A stretch of DNA of 11,849 nucleotides from contig JAHLWP010000066.1 of NCBI GenBank assembly GCA_019057865.1, positions 1-11,849 of the forward strand, written 5' to 3'. This DNA is from Promethearchaeota archaeon. GTDB lineage: Archaea; Asgardarchaeota; Lokiarchaeia; Sigyniarchaeales; SOKP01. This document shows positions 7,850 through 11,849 of this stretch, one piece after another. The notes under the pieces are model-generated. The model was not told where the DNA came from. It made no database searches and worked only from the letters and a program-made list of their open reading frames with translations. Both the position numbers and the translations under genes were made by a program. The number at the start of each line of letters is the position of its first letter. Within the stretch, counting starts at the first letter, position 1.

Positions 7850-8194
7850 ATGCCAGATGATCAAATTGACATTGATGATTTAGAATCATTTATTGATGGT
7901 TTAAAAACATCTTTAGACACATTAGAAGGTATCAATCCAAAAAAAGCGCGGGGATTCCAGGCGCAATTAGCGAAAGCTATTTCAAATTTAAGGATAAAGA
8001 AATCTGCTAAATTTGAACCGCTTCCAAAATATATTGGTCATGTTACGAAAGAAGATCTTAAAAATTATTTAATGAAAGAATTGGAGGATCTTAGGAATCT
8101 TTTAGATACTGATGAATATTCTCCTTATCCAAGAAGGAAATTTAATCTAATAATGAAAATTACAAAACTTAGAGAAAAAATAAGTAGAATGTGA
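7850..8194 (+). CDS. Hypothetical soluble alpha-helical protein
   Basis: A 114-aa ORF with an ATG start that fills the gap between an AT-rich spacer and tatD. It has an amphipathic helix pattern and no recognised family. Confidence 0.7.
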   Translation: MPDDQIDIDDLESFIDGLKTSLDTLEGINPKKARGFQAQLAKAISNLRIKKSAKFEPLPKYIGHVTKEDLKNYLMKELEDLRNLLDTDEYSPYPRRKFNLIMKITKLREKISRM

Positions 8195-8278
8195 TTATTT
8201 ATCTTTAATTTTTTCTTAATTTAAAAAGATTAAATTATGAAAGTTAATTGTTAAAATAAAACTACTTTGGTCCTTAAA

Positions 8279-9040
8279 ATGTTAATTGATATCCACTGTC
8301 ATGCAAATCTTTACTTAGCTATTGATGAAATTATTCGAGAAGCTAAGAGTGTAGGTGTTGAAAAGATAATATCTGTTGGAATGAGTGCTATAAGTTTAGA
8401 AAGAGTCTTAGAAATATCAAATCAATATGAGTCTATATATCCATCTTTAGGAATTCATCCAGAAGAAGTTCAAATGAATGAGCAAATTGAAAATCAATTA
8501 GATTCTGCAATTGAATTAATTAGAAAAAATAAAGAAAAGATTTGTTCTATTGGTGAGATTGGGTTAGACCATCATTTTGTAAAAAACGAGGAATTATATC
8601 CACTTCAAAAAAAGATATTTGAAAAGATGCTTTCACTTGCTCAAGAACTAGAATTACCTGTCAATTTACATACCAAAGGTGCAGAAAAATTAGTGTTTGA
8701 TACATTACCATCCTATAAACTTCCCAATGTAAATATTCATTGGTATTCTGGTCCTGAAAATTATTTAAAATTAGGGATCGATCGAGGATATTATTTTTCT
8801 ATTACTCCAGCAATTTCTTATTCTCCGGCAGTGAAAAAAACTGTATTAATGGTTGATAAAGAACATTTATTGCTTGAAAGTGATGGTCCAGTAAAATATG
8901 CTGGAAAAATTGGTACACCAGCAATGATTAGAGAGGTATTAAATTCAATTTCTAAATTTAAAGAAATTTCTGCAAATGAATTGGAAGTTCGATTATATGA
9001 AAATACAAAAAGAATTTTTCCTAAAATTTTTGAAAAATAA
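8279..9040 (+). CDS. tatD: TatD family metal-dependent hydrolase/DNase
   Basis: IDIHCH, LGIHP, IGEIGLDH, LPVNLH, IHWYSG and LLESDGP. The ATG at 8279 (MLIDIHCH) is preferred over the TTG at 8267. Confidence 0.92.
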   Translation: MLIDIHCHANLYLAIDEIIREAKSVGVEKIISVGMSAISLERVLEISNQYESIYPSLGIHPEEVQMNEQIENQLDSAIELIRKNKEKICSIGEIGLDHHFVKNEELYPLQKKIFEKMLSLAQELELPVNLHTKGAEKLVFDTLPSYKLPNVNIHWYSGPENYLKLGIDRGYYFSITPAISYSPAVKKTVLMVDKEHLLLESDGPVKYAGKIGTPAMIREVLNSISKFKEISANELEVRLYENTKRIFPKIFEK

Positions 9041-9053
9041 GCTTCAAGTGATT

Positions 9054-10892
9054 TTATAAGTTATCTAATCCTAAATGCTTTAATTTTTCTTCATTAATTT
9101 TACCAGTGTCCAAATCAAAACCTCGATATTCATAATAAAATTTTTTTAATTTCTGAAAGTCTGGAGATTTTCCTGCGGCTTCACTTTTTTCTAGAGGTTT
9201 AAGAAGGATTTTTGGTAATCGATCATCTGATGGTTTAATTCCCATTTTTAAATTAAATAATCGTTTCATCATGTAATTTTTTTCACCCAAAGTCTTTAGT
9301 TTTTCTATGTCACAGCCTATACCCATACTTGTTTGTATCAGTTCAGCGATAGTTGATGGCTTAGGATTGGCAAAAACACACATAGTCAAGGAACTATAAA
9401 GAGCTCTTAAATCTTGTAATCTAGCACTCATAATAGCCATCTCTTCATTATCCTTAAATTTATCTATATATTCAATTCCAAATTCATCAAGTGGAATACC
9501 TAATAAAATAGTACACATATCACATGAATTGTGACAAGGTCCTCTTGGAGTTCCTAAAGCATAAGCAACACTCATACCAAAATTACTTCTTAAATCATGA
9601 TAGGGAACTTCCATCCCATAAACAGTTGCGATTTCTTCTTGGTTAATTTTAAACCGTTTTCCAAATGCATCTGAACCTTCTGCAAGCAAATTCCCAACAC
9701 CTTCCCTAAATGATATTTTTCTAATAAACTCAAATACAGGTTTAATATCACCCCATTTTAATTTTAACCCATCAATATCCTCGGATTTAATTTTATTATT
9801 ATTATAAAGATGATATAAGAAAGCAATTGTGCTACTAGTAGTTAATAGATCAATTCCATAATCATTACATAAAATATTTGCTTTTACAATGGATTCAAGA
9901 TTATCATTTAAAATCATAGAACCAAATCCGGCTAGAGCTTCATATTCTGGTGATTCTACTTCGCCATCTGTCTTATATTCTCCCTCTTTAATAATAGCTT
10001 TTTTAGCACAACCTATTGAGCATGAAAAACAGGAGTATTTCTTCACAACAATTTTTTCGGCAGCAGTATTACCAGAAATATTGTATGCTCCCTCCCACTC
10101 ATCACCCATTGTCCAATATTTCTTAGGCAATTCTCCTGTGATATTCCATAAATCTACTCCAGCAGTTGTACCAATATCACCATACATAGTAGTTGTAAAA
10201 GCAGAATTAACAGAGGATTGCGCTTTTTTTACAACTTCCTTAAATCCCTCTGGATCAGCTGGTTCGTAAATTCTTTTTTTACCTCGAACTGTTATAGCTT
10301 TTAACTTTTTTGAGCCCATAACTGCTCCCATACCTGTTCTCCCTGCTGCTTTTTCTTCTGAAGCAATTATTGCATATTTTACCAAATTTTCACCTCCTTG
10401 ACCGATACATGCCACTCTTGTTAAATTAGTTCCTGATTTCTCTTTAAGTATTTGGGACGTTTCCTGTATACCTTTTCCCCATAGATCGGTGGCATCTTTA
10501 AGTTCAGAGGAATTTTCAGTAATTTTAAGGTAAACTGGATGATCAGAAGCACCTTTTATTATTACCCCATCATAGCCAGCTTTTCTTAATTCAGGACCAA
10601 AAAAACCACCACAACTACATTCACCCCAAATTCCTGTATATGGAGATTTAGCACAAACAGCAAATTTAGCACTAGAAGGAGCATTAGAACCACATAATAA
10701 TCCTGTCATAAACATTAATATATTATTTGGAGATAAAGGATCTGTATCTTTATCCAAAAAATCATATAAATATCTACAACTATATCCCGCACCTCCTAAG
10801 AATGTCTTAGCAAAATCCTCATTAAGAGGTTCATCATTAATGTTGTTTTTACTTAAATCTACTTTTAAAAGTTTTCCTATAAATCCTTTCAA
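9054..10892 (-). CDS. aor: Tungsten-type aldehyde:ferredoxin oxidoreductase family protein
   Basis: GKLLKVDLS, KSPYTG, GGFFGPELRKAGYD, CIGQGGENLV, AAGRTGMGAVMGSKKLKA, [4Fe-4S] ligands CFSCSIGC plus a distal Cys (MCVF), PEYE, RGPCH and DDRLP. TTG start with GGTG about 9 nt upstream. Confidence 0.93.
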   Translation of the reverse strand: MKGFIGKLLKVDLSKNNINDEPLNEDFAKTFLGGAGYSCRYLYDFLDKDTDPLSPNNILMFMTGLLCGSNAPSSAKFAVCAKSPYTGIWGECSCGGFFGPELRKAGYDGVIIKGASDHPVYLKITENSSELKDATDLWGKGIQETSQILKEKSGTNLTRVACIGQGGENLVKYAIIASEEKAAGRTGMGAVMGSKKLKAITVRGKKRIYEPADPEGFKEVVKKAQSSVNSAFTTTMYGDIGTTAGVDLWNITGELPKKYWTMGDEWEGAYNISGNTAAEKIVVKKYSCFSCSIGCAKKAIIKEGEYKTDGEVESPEYEALAGFGSMILNDNLESIVKANILCNDYGIDLLTTSSTIAFLYHLYNNNKIKSEDIDGLKLKWGDIKPVFEFIRKISFREGVGNLLAEGSDAFGKRFKINQEEIATVYGMEVPYHDLRSNFGMSVAYALGTPRGPCHNSCDMCTILLGIPLDEFGIEYIDKFKDNEEMAIMSARLQDLRALYSSLTMCVFANPKPSTIAELIQTSMGIGCDIEKLKTLGEKNYMMKRLFNLKMGIKPSDDRLPKILLKPLEKSEAAGKSPDFQKLKKFYYEYRGFDLDTGKINEEKLKHLGLDNL

Positions 10893-10965
10893 ATCTTTTA
10901 CACCAATTCTTTATTAAATGTTAAATTTTTCATTTTAAATTTAAGAAAAAAAGAAAATTATTGGA

Positions 10966-11849
10966 TTAAAAATCAACATCTTTCCCTTCGAAAGCATAAT
11001 CAAAAAGCTTTCTAAAATATTCATCTGTCATTGATCTAGGGGACATTACAACTGTTGCATCTTCAAAACAACACGATACCAATGAGTCTAAGTTCTTCTC
11101 TAAATCTTCCCTTGAGATTCCTAAATCTTTCAGTTTCGTGGGGAAATCGACCTTTTTCTGAAGTTCTTTAATTTTCTCAATAACTAAAAAAGCAGCCTTC
11201 TTTTCCTCTTCGTCCCAATTAGCCCAACCTAATTGCTTTGCCACTTTTGCATAAATTTCTATAGTTTTATCCTCCTCATCAGAATTATTTAACAAAAATT
11301 GAGTTACATAGGGGAGCACTATACCAACTGCTCTCCCATGAGCTGTGTTAAAGACAGCACCCCAACTATGGCCCATTCCATGACCTATATGTAACTGTGA
11401 ATTACTAAAAGCTAAACCCGCCATTGTTGCAGCTTGATGTAGGTAATCTCGAGCCTTTTGATTTTCACCATCTTTATAGACAATTGGTAAATATTTAAAT
11501 ACTAACTCTATTGATTTTAATCCAATTGCATAAGAAAATTCATTTCTCCAATTTGAAACCATTGCTTCAATAGCATGGGAAAGTGCATCGAAACCAGTAT
11601 CAACCGTTAATTTCGAAGGCATACCGAGTGGAAATATTGATCTACAATTGCATATGTAGGTGCCAACCCCTTGTGAGTATATATAAACTTTTTCCATATA
11701 TCGTTTTCTAATCTTGAGATAATAGCAGCATTAGTAGTTTCAGAACCTGTTCCAGATGTAGTAGGTATTGCTATAAATTTTGATCTTTTACCTATATCGT
11801 ATAATTTATTATTAAAGGAGTGAACATCATCTATCGTAAACTCAGGAAA
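10966..11849 (-). pseudogene. Iron-containing (type III) alcohol dehydrogenase, 5'-truncated by the window edge and with an apparent 1-nt frameshift near 11639 (pseudogene or sequence error)
   Basis: The frame from 11849 reads ...FIAIPTTSGTGSETTNAAII...LAPTYAIVD and stops at 11609-11607. The adjacent frame continues IFPLGMPSKLTVDTGFDALSHAIE...AGLAFSN...GHGMGH...HG, with the Fe ligands intact. Confidence 0.8.

Noticed and set aside
4045-8230. Selenocysteine read-through at the TGA stops ending at 4047 and 8194
   Set aside because: Read-through gives only short low-complexity extensions to TAA with no redox motif context, and the GNAT domain already appears complete.
9889-10269. 126-aa plus-strand ORF
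   Set aside because: Antisense shadow within the AOR gene.
11640-11697. ATG start and N-terminus MEKVYIYSQGVGTYICNCR of the supplied 243-aa ORF
   Set aside because: The true ADH homology (IPTTSGTGSE...AIVD) lies in a different frame here, so this start is an artefact of the frameshift.
1-11849. CRISPR arrays, tRNA/rRNA genes, transposases or integrases
   Set aside because: No regularly spaced repeats, GC-rich structured RNA segments or recombinase motifs were seen, and the intergenic gaps are short.

Overview
AT-rich prokaryotic window with no RNA genes, CRISPR array or mobile element that I can see. An anaerobic archaeon, possibly Asgard/Lokiarchaeia, is suggested by the composition, the TTG starts, the oligo-T tracts and the gene content; this is inference only. 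The left end holds the most notable feature, a two-gene module: a class I SAM-dependent methyltransferase (CpaM-like) 15 bp upstream of a fused HgcAB-like protein (corrinoid domain + about 4 TM helices + 2x[4Fe-4S] ferredoxin). Its cap-helix motif is the atypical NVWCGACG (CxxC) rather than the NVWCAAGK of mercury methylators. Next come an acyl-CoA transferase-GNAT fusion, a convergent B12-binding radical SAM protein (MJ1487-like), a small membrane protein, a probable N-formylglutamate amidohydrolase C-terminal remnant, a split UxaA-family dehydratase (SAF + catalytic subunits), a hypothetical protein, TatD and a tungsten-type aldehyde:ferredoxin oxidoreductase. The last gene is an iron-containing alcohol dehydrogenase that runs off the right edge and carries an apparent 1-nt frameshift near 11639.
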